A stretch of 64,000 bases of DNA, taken from assembly GCF_009914755.1 (NCBI RefSeq), contig NC_060930.1; one strand, 5' to 3'. The translations under genes were made by a program, and so were the position numbers. The DNA comes from the human T2T-CHM13v2.0 reference genome, Homo sapiens. Below are positions 1 to 12,774 of the stretch, one piece after another. The notes under the pieces are model-generated. The model saw only the letters and a list, made by a program, of their open reading frames with translations, ran no database searches and was not told the origin of the DNA. How positions within the stretch are numbered: position 1 is the stretch's first letter; the number at the start of each line of letters is the position of its first letter.

Positions 1-239
1 CATTAATTGAATTCCCCTCAGTTGGACTTCTGCAAAATGAACTTTTTTTTTTAAGAGCTACATTTTATTTTACTAATAGGGATTTAACTGGGTGAAGGAA
101 GACTGCTGACTCCAGAGGACGTTTTCTGTAGCCTTTCCCTAGAGAGGCAGGCTTGGTTGCAGGAGGCGGTGGGAAGAAGGCATCCCAGAGACCCTGTGTA
201 TGAAGAAAATGCCTCTGCCAAATCCTCTGCCTGCCCTAG

Positions 240-372
240 GTCACTGGTTCCCAAATGTGGGTGAATCATCTTGGAGAACTCTGATTACACAGTTTCCTTA
301 GTCCAGCCCGACCAACTCAATCAGACCTCACGAAGCAGAGCCCAGGAATGTCATTTTTAACAATCTCACCAA
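240..372. mobile_element. MER5-type hAT-Charlie DNA transposon relic
   Basis: cactggttcccaaa...gaatcatcttggagaact...cccaggaatgtcatttttaacaatctc resembles the MER5A/B consensus; diverged. Confidence 0.5.
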
Positions 373-668
373 ATATTTCTGGCACAGCCTTTTTCAAGAC
401 CCCTTTTCCAAAAATCACTACCATAAGGCATTCCATCCATCCTCTGTAAGAAATATCCAGTGATTTTCAACAGTTGTACGAGAATGGCATTTTCTCGACA
501 AAGCCTATGAGAATGGAGGGTGAGGCTTGCTGATTGGAAAAAAAGCATTTTCTAAAATTGCTATTTGTTTTCACCACAATAACCATTTCTCATATCAAAT
601 CACATAAAAGCTTCTCATAAGATTGGTATCTTTAGCAGAAGAATTTTGGATCAAATATGGTCGAGAAA

Positions 669-951
669 GGCCGGGCGCTGTGGCTCATGCTTATAATCCC
701 AGCACTTCGAGAGGTTGAGGCAAGTGGATCACAAGGTCAAGAGATCAGGATCATCCTGGCCAATATGGTGAAACCTCATCTCTACTACAAATACAAAAAT
801 TAGCTGGGCATGGTGGTGCACACCTGTAGTCCCAGCTACTCAGGAGGCTGAGGCAGGAGAATCACTTGAACCCAGGAGGTTGTAGTGAGCTGAAATCGCA
901 CCACTGCACTCCAGCCTGGCGACAGAGTGAGACTCCGTCAAAAAAAAATAA
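669..951 (+). mobile_element. Alu (AluSc-like), full length
   Basis: ggccgggcgc start, ggatcacaaggtcaagagatc, A-rich linker, poly-A tail, approximate TSD g(t/c)cgagaaa. Confidence 0.95.
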
Positions 952-3140
952 GCCGAGAAATTTTACAAATTGTGAAATGCACACTTTCGTTATGCAAGAT
1001 TGATCTTATCAGTTTTTCCAGAGTGTCCACCTCTGTTAACCTAAGTCTTTTCCTGTTTGAGTTCTGGATGGTGCAATCTCTGATGCCATGAGCTCTCTCT
1101 GGAGGGACACTGGGTTCCCTGCAATCATTAAGGAGAACACACAGCATCCAGGACGAAAGCTCAGATTCCCCCAGCGATGCCTGTCAGAGGGGTATCTTGC
1201 TCTCCTTCACACTCTCTCCAAACCCCAGAAGGCCAGGGTGCACGGTTCCCAGGGCATAGAAAATTGCATCCCAGGAAGACCTGCTCAGGAAGCTATTCTC
1301 TTCTCTTACCTTACACAGTGAAACCAAGCACCAAAACCCACAAATCTGAGAGCCAGTGTTCAGGCCACACCCACATAGACGGCTCAGCTATTCTAACTCA
1401 CATCACTCTCCTCTTTAAAATCCACAAGAGACACAGCATGAGTCTCCAGCAAGTGGGAAGATCTGATCTTCGTTCTTCATCTCCTCTGAGTCTGTTTCCT
1501 CCTCTTAAAATTGGAACTAACAGTGGTGCCTCACGGAGAGGGTCTGGAAGGTCAGAAGGGCTCACCACATCATGGTGAGGGCCAAAACAAGCACAGGTCA
1601 AGGGCAGTGGGAAGCCGTGAGGAGCCATGCAGTGGAACAGGTCTCAAGAGTGTAAGCCCCAGTCCCACCTCCCTTGCTCTGATTGTGCTTTTTCTTAATA
1701 ACTTGCTGGATGCAGAGAAGATGCTGTTTGCAACTTCTTTCTCCCAGAACCATGAAAAATCTCATGAGCTCAGATCATCAACAAGAGATGGTGGTGCTCA
1801 AACTCCCCCTGAGTGTAGCTTTTTGCTTTTTAGATGTGGGTTTGTGACTGCAGCTTCAAACATCTCAGCTGCATGCTAGCTCTCCTGCCTGGGGAATCCA
1901 GCACAGTGTCAGCCTTTGATTGTCAGGGGCAAGAGCACTGGGATTCCAGGCAGGGTACTTTTCCAGAGAGCCCGCTGCTGGGTGATCTCTGTCCAGGCCT
2001 GCACTATGCATTTCCTGGGTCCCAGTGTCCCTGACCCTGCTTGCTGACCTGGTCTCTGACAACCCTGGGCTCCAACCACTGGGTCCCTCACACTGCAAGC
2101 AACTCTGCCTATGCCCAAGGAAAAGCACTTCTTTCAAAGTTCTAGGCCTTTCACTTGACCTTTCACGACTTATTTTCCAAGAAGCTCCAACTCTTGGCTT
2201 CCAAAAGTGGCCTCTGTGGGGGGTGGTGTACAGTGTTTGGCCTCGTGCCAAGTTTCCAGAGTCTGCTCACATTATCCTGTACCTACCCAATGCCTGGTCC
2301 CCCAATGGCTCCTTACTCCTTCGGCTCTTCCCTCAGTTCAGCACGAATTGCCCACTTCTCTGTGGAATTCTCACCACAAGTAGATCCTCCTCTTTCCTTC
2401 ATTCACTGCTTCTTCCTCTGCATTGCCCTCAAATTTCCTTTTTTAAATTTAACAAATACGTATGGAATAGGATCTATGCCAGAGATTGGGGATTATTTTT
2501 CCACTATGTCATATCCTTGAAAGCCTGGTATTGGGTGCATTCATCCAGCAAGCCTGTATTGAGGATGGATGTGTGTTGAGCACAAAGTACCTAATGGGAA
2601 CATCATGGCTGTAGCTCCCACCCTACTTCCTATCCAGGGAAGGAGGCAGCAAACATAAAAACAACACCACTCAATAAAAAGATTGCAAGTTTTAAAAGTG
2701 CTGTAAAAAAACAAACACAAGAACTGAGGTAGAAAGTTATCAGGTAGGAGGGACACCAAAACTGGACACAGTGGTCAGGGTAGGCTTCTGTGAAAAGATG
2801 ACCCAGAAGCTAAGACCCAAATGCTGAGGAGGAGTCAGGCAGAGAGAGTGAGGTAAATGGCTTCCAGGCAGAGGCAACAGCACATGCCAGGGAGCGGGGG
2901 TAGGGAAGACTTTGCCACGGAAGAAACTACAAGAAGACCAATCTGGTCGGACATTAACAAGAGGAAGTAAGTGGCCGAAAAAACGTTAGAGAGATTGGGA
3001 GGAGATATATTATGCAAAATCTTGTAGATTGGGAAGAGATATGTTATTCGAAATCAGTAAAGATTTTGAGTTTATTTCACTAATGAAATTTATACTTAGT
3101 CCCAAGGGGTCCGGAAGCCTTCTTGAAAATGAGCCTTTGG

Positions 3141-3505
3141 AACAAGATCATGTCCTTTGTAGGGACATGGATGAAGTTGGAAGCCATTATCCCCAGCAAA
3201 CTAATTCAAGAACAGAAAACCAAACACCGCATGTTCTCACTTACAAGTAGGAGCTGAATGATGAGAACACATGGACACATGGTGGGGAACAACACACACT
3301 GGGGTCTGGTGGAGGGAGAAAGTGGGGGAGGGAGAGCATCAGGAAGAATAGCTAATGGATGCTGGGCTTAATAGCTAGGTCATGGGATGCTCTGTGCAGC
3401 AAACCTCCATGGCACATTTACCTATGTAACAAACCTGCACATCCTGCACATGTACCCCTGAACTCAAAATGAAAGTTGAAGATAAAAAAAAAAAAAGAAA
3501 AAAGA
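3141..3505 (+). mobile_element. L1PA (older, ~PA13-16) 5'-truncated 3' end
   Basis: ORF2 end and 3'UTR motifs (gatcatgtcctttg, aacctgcacatcctgcacatgtacccctgaact), poly-A, TSD-like gaaaa(tga/cag)gcctttgg. Confidence 0.9.
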
Positions 3506-3732
3506 AAACAGGCCTTTGGCATGCCAGAGTTCCCGATGCCATGCCTTCCTGCGTTCACCACATATTTTAGAGAGCAACTCTGTGCTGGACACACAGTCAT
3601 CTCATTAGTTTCCTGTAACAACCCCTTCCTACACCCACAAATCCACATCCACATATATCAACACTTGGATGTGATTTTTGTCTCTCTGCAATTCTGAAAT
3701 AGTATCAGACCACCCAACGGTTCACAACTAGA

Positions 3733-4053
3733 CTTTTGTTGTTGTTGTTGTTTGTTTTTGTTTTTGTTTTGAGACGGAGTTTTGCTTTTGTCGCCCAGGC
3801 TGGAGCGCAGTGGCACAATCTTGGCTCACTGCAACCTCCGCCTCCCAGGTTCAAGCGATTCTCCTGCCTTAGCCTCCTGAGTAGCTGGGATTACAGGCAC
3901 CCCCCACCACACCCAGCTAATTTTTTGTATTTTTAGTAGAGATGGGGTTTCACTATGTTGGCCAGGCTGGTCTTGAACTCCAACCTCAGGTGATCCACCT
4001 GCCTCGTCCTCCTAAAGTGCTGGGATTACAGGCGTGAGCCACCGCACCTGGCC
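3733..4053 (-). mobile_element. AluS (Sq/Sp-like), full length
   Basis: Reverse Alu with (ttg/tttttg)n tail; TSD aactaga at 3726-3732 and 4054-4060. Confidence 0.95.
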
Positions 4054-4479
4054 AACTAGATTTTTTCAGTTAGCAATATATGATGGACATCCCTACATGT
4101 TGGCAGACACATTCTCAGGGTAACTTTCTTCCTCCTCCTTGCTCAGCCTCGCCTATATGCACAGCTCACCCAAACATGGCCTCCCTCCTCAGCCTCTCCC
4201 TCCCCCAAATATACACTGCAGAAAACCTTGACACGAGATGGCAAGTGTACCTTGGAAAAGGCATACTGGAGACTTGTTCTCTAAACTTCCTTTTCTCAAA
4301 TGGTACAAGCTCACAGCCCAGGAGACCAGTAGTCTCTGGTGAGGTCATGTTGGGCTTACATTTCATACTTTCAACAAAGTAATTTCCTTCATGCTATAAA
4401 ATATTATGGAGTGGTGGGAGCAGGGGGAGATTCTGGAAGCATGAGGATTTGCATCTGCATACTCAGTGAATCCTCTGTG

Positions 4480-5030
4480 GAGGCAGTTGAATGTGGCATG
4501 AGGAGCTCAGGTTTCGGAGCAAGCCACAGCTGGGTTAAAATTCTGGTTTCCCTGCTAATTAGTCTGAGGGAGGTAACTGGATCTCACCATGCTTCCTCAT
4601 CTACAAAAAGGAAATATTAACACACAATGGAATATTATTCAGCCTTAAAAATGAAGGAAATTCTAACACATACTACAACATGGTTAAACCTTGAGGACAT
4701 TAAGCTAAGTGTAATAAGCCAGCCACAAAAATACAAATACTCTATGAATCCTACAGCAGCCAAATTCATACACAGTAGGATGATGATTGCAGGGGCTGGC
4801 AGAGGGGGAAATGAAAAATTGCTGTTCAATGCATATAGATTTCTGTTTTGCAAGATGAAAAAGGTCAGGAGATCCACTGCAAAACAAAGATTGGTAAATT
4901 TTATGTTGCATGTTTTTATCGCAATTCTTTAATGCAAAAAAGGTGAGAAATAGTAATACCTGTCTCATAGGGTTGGTAGAGTGTGTGTTAAAAGAACTGT
5001 GTGGGTAAAGAACTCCAACCTAGTGAACCC
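4480..5030 (+). mobile_element. MIR interrupted by an L1M 3' fragment (~4620-4945)
   Basis: MIR core ttcctcatctacaaaaagg (4590s) resumes at aatacctgtctcatagggttgg (4957); L1M motif atggaatattattcagccttaaaa lies between. Confidence 0.7.
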
Positions 5031-5156
5031 AAGTCAGCATGGCATGGAGTGGTGAGAGGGAGACAGAGAGAGAGAGATGAACAGAGAGTCCACTTTCCTC
5101 CATGCCGCAACACTGGGAAATGGTGGTGCTGGCAGCATTTCTCAATGGCCACCGTG
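4981..5156 (+). repeat. Left arm of a ~175-bp inverted duplication (partner 6935-7108)
   Basis: Reverse-complement match with about 5 substitutions and one AG indel. Confidence 0.95.
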
Positions 5157-5174
5157 CAGTTCCTCCTTCTCCCC

Positions 5175-5355
5175 ACTGCACTCACACAGACTCACACACA
5201 CACTCACACAAGCACATATGCACTGCAAACTCACACATGCAAATACGCATACACTCTCTCACACACACGAACATATGCACCACAAACTCACACACGCAAA
5301 CGCACATGCTCTCTCACACACACTCAAACATGCGCAGTCACAGACACACACACAC
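5175..5355. repeat. Degenerate (CA)n low-complexity tract
   Basis: Interrupted cacacaca runs. Confidence 0.9.
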
Positions 5356-6304
5356 TTATTTCTCTCAGCTGTCTCCTCAGCCTCTCTGCCCGAGTCTCCT
5401 TTTAGCACAGGCAACAACAGGAAGAACAAGTTGTGTTCAAGGACTTCTGTCTTCAGGAGTCTCCTCAGTCTGCATTCTGGAAGATTCTTCCATATCCTAT
5501 ATTTCCTTACATGAATTCTTATTCCAAAGCATTTCAAGACACTCTTAAAATAATGGCTTTTAACTTTCAGAATCCTAAAATCTAGATACAGTGAAGCAGT
5601 TGAATCTGAGCTGTGTACAACATAATAATGTTTTATAATCATGCCTTATTTGACTATAATAAGTCTTTTACACTTTATAAGTTGTTTTCAATACATTAAC
5701 ACATTTAATTCTTAAAATAAAAGAAGGAGGTATTATTATCCCCCTTTTGTAAAGAGGAAAAGCAGTTTCAAAGAGTTTAAGTGAGGTGTGTTCAAAGTCA
5801 CCAAACTAGCAGGGATCAGAGGTGAGTCTCTGAAACAGCCATCTGTTGGCTTCAAGATTTTTCTGCTCTTTTTACCTCATCACTGGGTAAGAGAGGGTAG
5901 GTCAGATAAGAGCTATCTAAGGACTCAGGAAACCGTGGGCACGCTGCCTGGATCGGGCACAGAATCAGAGCTGATCTAGAAAAGAGAACACGCATTTCCC
6001 TGAAGGCATGGAGAACAGGAGGAATTCAGAAAATAGGACACGAACTTTTTCAGAGCCTCACACTGAAAGCAGACTTCTTCTTGTAGCCAATAAACAGAAA
6101 ATGTGTCACTACTAAGTGCTTGCTTCTGAGGGAAGGCTAGAAGAGCTAACAGAAGGGCCCTGTCTCCAAGTTCAGAAACAAAGGAAGCGTCCCAAAGTCC
6201 GCAGCACAAATACCGAAGGCAGGAGACGCCTCGTTTCAAGAGATTAGGGTTTTACAGTCTTAGGCAGGTTGTAAGTAAAAACATGAAAAAACAGACCCTG
6301 GTGC

Positions 6305-6640
6305 GTGATGTTCCTCACCCTGTGTCCAAGCGTTCTCATTGTTCAATTCCCACCTATGAGTGAGAACATGCAGTGTTTGGTTTTCTGTCCTTGCGATAGT
6401 TTGCTCAGAATGATGGTTTCTAGCTTCATCCATGTCCCTACAAAGGACATGAACTCATCCTTTTTATGGCTGCATAGTATTCCATGGTGTATATGTGTCA
6501 CCTTAGGAGATATACCTAATGTAAACAACGAGCTAATGGGTGCAGCACACCAACATGGCACATGTATACATATGTAACAAACCTGCACATTGTGCCCATG
6601 TACCCTAGAACTTAAAGTATGATTTAAAAAAAAAAAAAGA
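6305..6640 (+). mobile_element. 5'-inverted (twin-primed) L1PA fragment
   Basis: 6305-6497 is L1 ORF2-end/3'UTR in antisense; ~6503-6640 is 3'UTR plus poly-A in sense; TSD gaaaaaacaga at 6285-6295 and 6643-6653. Confidence 0.9.
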
Positions 6641-6934
6641 AAGAAAAAACAGAGCCCCTACACCACACTAGCAAATTGTAGAAAGGTTACAGAGAGAATG
6701 AGAAACATTACCCTGTTCTAACTCCAAAAACAATAAAATTTAACGCTGATCCCTCAACATCCAGAGAAGAGTCCCTAGGAGAACCCTGCTATTTGGGGCA
6801 GTTGTCACTGTGGCTGCCACATGGTGTCACTTGTGAAACATAGTATTTGGTCTCGTGCCATCTTACCTCACTACTGGGATCTCTGGTAAACTGAGTACAG
6901 GGTAGACGCCTCCACTGAAACCTGCGCATACCCT

Positions 6935-7108
6935 CACTGTAGCCATTGAGAAATGCTGCCAGTACCACCATTTCCCAGTGTTGCGGCGTGGAGGAAAGTG
7001 GACTCTCTGTTCATCTCTCTCTCTGTCTCCCTCTCACCACTCCATGCCATGCTGACTTGGGTTCACTGGGTTGGAGTTCTTTACCCACACAGTTCTTTTA
7101 ACACACAC
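6935..7108 (-). repeat. Right arm of the inverted duplication (partner 4981-5156)
   Basis: Reverse complement of 4981-5156; abuts a CA-rich run at 7101-7126. Confidence 0.95.
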
Positions 7109-7300
7109 AGACACAAACATACACACTTTTCTCCCAAAACCTGTCAGCCTGTCCCCCAACCTCCATGTCCCAGATTTCTGAGAGCTGAGCTTGCTTCTCT
7201 TGATATCTAGTCCTAACCACTTCTTGCCCCAGGATAAATCACATTTCTCATAGGAATAAATTTTATGCTGTGATAGGTTTCATTCCACTTTAAAAGGCAG

Positions 7301-7610
7301 GGCGGGGCATGGTGGTTCATACTTGTGATCCCAGAGCTTCAGGAGGCTGAGGCGGGCAGATTGCTTGAGCCCAGGAGTTGGAAAGCAGCCTGGGCAACAT
7401 GGTGAAACCGTATCTCTATAAAAAATATAAAAATGACCTGGGTGTGGTAGTACACATCTATAGTCCCAACTAACTCAGGAGGCTGAGGTGGGAGGATCAT
7501 TTCAACCTAGGAGGTCAAGGCTGCAGTGAGCCATGATCATACCGCTGCATTGCAGCCTGGGCAACAGGGTGAGACCCTGCCTGTCTCTAAATAAATAAAT
7601 AAATAAATAA
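7301..7610 (+). mobile_element. AluJ with (TAAA)n tail
   Basis: AluJ diagnostics (ttgcttgagcccaggagtt, aggtcaaggctgcagtgagccatgatc); TSD-like aa(a/c)aggcag. Confidence 0.92.
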
Positions 7611-8021
7611 CAGGCAGATGGACTCCTTACTTCAGAAAGAACTATCAGATAAACTGGAAGGATAGAGAATGGTTTGGGGGTAGAGTCAGTATTGAGAACA
7701 AGTTGACGGAATCGAAGAAAGAGGATGCCTTAAAAATAAAAATATCCAGCTTTTCTTCCTTCAACAATGCAACTGAAAACCATGTAGTACATGACTATCT
7801 CCTGGAATGAGTAAATGGAAAGTTAAACAAAATCTTCAAGTATCCCCAGGTGAGATGCACGATGGGGGGAAAAAAGGCATGTAAAGGTTTAGATTTAGTT
7901 TTCTTTCTTTTTTAAAATTTCCAAGACTCACACCTTCTGCAAGTTTGAATGTATTAACCTAAATCTCACAAGAACACGCTCCAAGAACATCCTGTCCCAT
8001 AAAACCATAGGAAAGAGGAGC

Positions 8022-8455
8022 ATCTTAGGTTGGGCTCTCCAGAAGCAGATCCTGTGAGGAGGATTCCTGTGCAAATGACTTTTTGAACATGCTCTTAGAG
8101 GAAGCCAGTAAGAGCGGGGAGCAGGGCTGGGAAGGGAAGAGGCCAAGCAAGAAGGTGAACTCACTCAGGCAAAGTCTTGCAGAGAGTTAGGCTGCAGGGA
8201 GCTCAGGAGTGTAAGGCCTGTTCTGCCATGCAAGGGAGCTGAGGCTTTCAGACCCCTGCAGCCAACAGCCATTGGATAAGCTCACCCCAAGCAGATGTAA
8301 ATTCCCCTGGCACTTCCAGCTCTCAGGTTGTGCATGCCAGGGAGGCTCGAGCACCCTGAGATTGTGGAAGAAGAAAGCCCCCTCAAGCCAACAGGCACAC
8401 AAGAATGGCACAAAGGAAAGTAGCAATGATTGGGCAATGCACAGACATTATCTGC
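8022..8455 (-). mobile_element. LTR16-like ERVL solo LTR
   Basis: tcttaggttgggctctccagaagcagatcctgtgaggaggattc matches the reverse end of LTR16. Confidence 0.65.
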
Positions 8456-10289
8456 TATAAGGAGCAAAGAATGAAATCTGAGAGATTCAGTTTTCCCATA
8501 TACAAAATAAGGTTAACGGTCCAGCACCCATCATCTGTAAAACAGGGAAGGTACTAACGCCTGCTTCATTGGGTGGTTGTGAGGATCGCATTAGACAATT
8601 GAGGAAGACATGTCTTCAGCTCTCAGAAATACCAGCGTCTGTAAATACCTACAAGCAAGTAGAACAGCAATTTCAGCTGGGCCTATGGCTCCAGTTATTT
8701 TGCCAAAAGAAATGTAGTGACCACACACGTATCCAAAAATCTCTGAGGTCTCTACCGTCTCTCAGCAATTTGGAGAATGCAGGAGGAACTTGGACAACTT
8801 CTAGGGGGAATTTAAAAAGCACTTTAAAAAGCATGAACCCACCAGTTTGAACTGTACACAAAGCATTTCTTTCTAAAAATGTCCACCTCGGGTCTGTACA
8901 GTGGTTTTTGCCCTGTTCGTCTCTCAGGCACACTTACGAGGAGAGCTTTCAATGCATCCAAACAATTGCTTACAAGCACCAACCTACCGTGAGGTTAGCC
9001 CCACACTGAGCTGAGGAGCCATGAGGGAGCTGTTTCTATGGCATTTGAGTAGCACAAAATGTGATTTTTCTCTGGAGAAGACTTTTGAGAATTAGAGGGA
9101 ATTAGTCATATTTTCCAATGTGGGAATTTTAACAGTTGTGAAATTATGAAGAAGACCTGACTCAACAATTTCAATATTGCAATATGTCACCTAGCTGTCT
9201 TGTTACTCAAAATTACATGATTTAAAAGACAGTGACTTTAAAAAGAACCCAACCAAGGTTTGAAAGAAAAAGGAGATATGCAGACAAAGCAAAGGAAAAA
9301 TATAAAATTGCTGAACATTTACAGAGCTAAGTTTAACAATTCTGGGCTCATTTAATACAGTTTTTATCTTAAATAGAACATTGAAAGGCATGTTTATCCT
9401 CTCAGTGAATTATATGTTAGAAATGCACTCTTTAAACAGTGGGTTTTTTTAAACCTACAATATGGAATCTGAACTGGATTTAACATGTTGCTAAATATTC
9501 AAATGGGTCATCCCTTCATACTCCCTTTTCGTAGGTTAAAAAAAGATGAGCAGACGTTCCGGACAAAGATGAGTAAAGCCAATTCAAGACCACCTTTGTG
9601 CTATACTTTTTCCAGCCTCTTAATTAGGCTACTCCTCATTAACTACCCTAAATGAGCTACAAATAATGATCGGGTCCTGTCCTTTATATATGAAAATTAG
9701 TCTATTAGCAAGTGCATGACTAGGGTATTTTCCAGGAGTAGTGAAGGGTTTGAATTTTTTCAAGTACACTCTCTCTGGGCTTTCCTTGTCCTCAAAAGCA
9801 TACCTTTGCAGGACAGCTAGCCAGGGTGAGAAGGAAAGTAAAAGACTCTAAAACAGACCATTCTAATGAGCTTGGTCTCATTAACATTGGGTGATAATTA
9901 GGTAACCTATCCAGAACAAATGAAACACTGGGCAAATTTGAAGAGATATAGATAGCTCCATGGAATGTTAAATACAAAGCTAGAAGTGGTATTAGCCCTT
10001 GACTAACTAAATGAATCACTGAATAGAACAAGCACTAGTGCTTATAATCAAGAACCTTAAGGAAAAAAGGGTGGGTGTTATGGTAAAAGAATGATTGCTA
10101 CCTACAACTCACCAAATTCCCACATACACACATTTCCTGACATATATTTTCTCCTATTGTAATAATACCAATTGAATATGTTAAGAGACCCCAGGCTTAT
10201 TGTAAACAGTTAAGAAAGAGTATCTAAATCATCCCAAAGAAGTTTATTCCAATTTGTTAACTTCAAAAACTTATCACTCTTTATGCACT

Positions 10290-11222
10290 TTCAACAAAAT
10301 AGTTGTCCTCAAATCGATCTATAAATTAAATGCAATTCCAATCAAAATTCTGGCAGAATCTTGTATGAACTTGACAAATTCATTTAGAAAGCTATCTGGA
10401 AGAACAAAGCAAGGAAACTTGCTTATCCAGACACTAAGAAACAACAAAGATTAAGTAATTAAAAAGAAAAAAAATATGGTCTTGGCATTGCCTAAGACAG
10501 AGATCAATGGAACAGAACAGGAAGCCCAGAAACAAACCCAAGTAAATGTGTGAATTTGTTCTGTAGCAGAGATGGCATTATAAATGAGTGAGGAAAGGAT
10601 GAAACTTTTTAGTAGCTGATGTTAGGAAAACTTCACAACATAAAGACAAATATCTACCTCATGGCATATAAAAATTCAATTCTAAATTGATTAAAAACCC
10701 AGATATGAAAATTGAAACTATGAAATAAGTATAAAAATTTTTTTAATATTGTGACATTAGGATGTACGGAAAGAGTTTTCAAATAACACTCTAAAAACAC
10801 AAGGTGAAAAAAAAATTGACTACAACAAAACTGAAGATTTCCGTTCAATGTAGAATATCACAAACAGGGTTAACATATAGGTGATAGAATAGGAGAAGAG
10901 AATGCAATATCTAAAATAAATTGGAGGTTAATATCAAAGTTATACAAGGAATTCCTACAAATTAACAAAAACATATAGAAAGCTCAATTTTAAAATGTCC
11001 AATGTATAATAGGTAATTCACAGAAGGAAGAACTCAAATAATTAATAAATACATGAAGAAATCCTCAACTTTATCCAACAATAATTGTTGATATGTAAAT
11101 TAAAACAACTTTATGACCATTTGGTTGACAAAAATGTGAACATTGGTAAATACCAAATGTTAGTGATGATGTTGGCATACAAAAACTTCTTGCACTGCTG
11201 GTGTGAGAGAATACTGGTTATG
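10290..11222 (+). mobile_element. Old L1M ORF2 3' fragment
   Basis: tctataaattaaatgcaattccaatcaaaat and gatcaatggaacagaa...cccagaaacaaaccc are L1 ORF2 motifs; degenerate. Confidence 0.85.
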
Positions 11223-11224
11223 AT

Positions 11225-11790
11225 ATATGAGATTATTGTTCAAATATATTCACTACTTCTCTGCCACTTCCATCAGAGGAGTATATCTCCTCTTGTGATT
11301 GGGCTTGGCCATGTGACTCAATGTGGTCTCATGGTAGACACCCCTGTGCACTTCTCTGCTGCTGGACTTAAAACCTGGCCATGTGACTTGTTTTGGGCAA
11401 TACTATGTTAAGAGAAGTGACTTGAGCAGAGGCTCAACATGTGGTTGCTTGGTTAGGCTTTATCCCTTGTGTTTCTGCCATTGCCATGAGAAGAATATGC
11501 CCTAGCAAAGTCCACCAGTCCAAGGAGGAAGAGAGATGCAGGGAGCAAACCTGAACCAACCTAAACCTGACCCAGAGCTAAGCCTACCTAAACATCCAGC
11601 TGACCCCTGACCCAGAGCCAAGCCTACCTAAACATCCAGCTGACCCCTGACCCAGAGCCAAGCCTGCCTAAACACCCAACTGACCCACGGATGTATCACT
11701 GATAATAAATTGCTGTGTTTTAAGTCATTTAGTTCTGTGTAAGTTTATTTCACAGCGTTCTTTTGACAACGACTGACTGATACACTAATA
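11225..11790 (+). mobile_element. MLT1-type MaLR LTR containing a 3x40-bp tandem repeat (11566-11686)
   Basis: cttggccatgtgact motifs; aataaattgctgtgttttaag...actgactgataca terminus. Confidence 0.75.
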
Positions 11791-12774
11791 TAGCTTTCAG
11801 TCAGTATTTAATGGCTATAAATAGTATATACATTATGTAATAGAAACTTCTAAACAGGCTTCTCTGATTTTTCCTTGTTAGTAAAGGGTGCCTCCCACTA
11901 TGGAGTCCTTTAATTCCACACACTTGCTTCCACAGTCTCTTTTATAATATATATAAAATGCTAGTCAATGGGACCAAAGAAAACATCCACTAATGGACTT
12001 CTGGCAAAAGCTTTCCTCTGTAATAAAAAGAGATGCATGGGAAGCTATAACCCTCTTCTTCTACACTGGCTGTGATCATGCCTGTGTGTGATGTTCACAG
12101 CTGCTACAATCATCTTGTGGCCAGTGGGAAAAATAACACTGACTTACAGAGGACGGTAGAGCAGAAAGATGAAATTGACCCGAGTCTTTGGTTACACCAC
12201 TGAGCTGCTAATGCTTCCTCTAGAACGCTTGTTGTTACATGAGACAATTTAGGTTCTTACTATTTAAGCCAATTTAAGTAGAAATGCTAAAAGCATTCAT
12301 AATTATCCATGAATCTCAACTCATTTTCCCATTAATCTCAACTCCTAGATATGAACAGGCACATCCGTAAGAGGACAGATGTGATTGTGCTCATTACAAT
12401 ATTGTTTTCTGACAGCAAGTACCCGGAGGTTACCTAAGTGTCCGCCACTTGGAACATGGATGATTAAAATGCCAATGATGAAATGTTAGGCAATAATCAA
12501 AAGTAGTAAGCTATATCTAGATAAGAAATTTGAATAAATCTCAAAAACATGGAGTGAAGTAATAAAAGTTAAAACATAGAATAAAATATAAAACACAGTT
12601 CCATTTACTTAAAGAATGTAAACACAAGACAACATTACAAATTTTCCAACCATTCATATATATTTAAGGAAAAGTATTAAAAACATTACAGCATGTGCTT
12701 AAGTAGGATACAAGAACGTTGGCAGGATTGGGGCATGAAAAAGAAAAATAATTAATTAAAAATCTGAGTACTTA

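Noticed and set aside
2025-2579. 184-aa ORF on the plus strand
   Set aside because: Non-ATG start, no recognisable domain, and its 3' part runs into L2/MIR-like sequence; consistent with chance.
5001-5642. Overlapping His/Thr-rich and Cys/Val-rich ORFs
   Set aside because: Artefacts of the (CA)n tract, which lacks stop codons.
11566-11686. Regularly spaced repeats resembling a CRISPR array
   Set aside because: Head-to-tail units with no unique spacers, no cas genes, and a eukaryotic LTR context.
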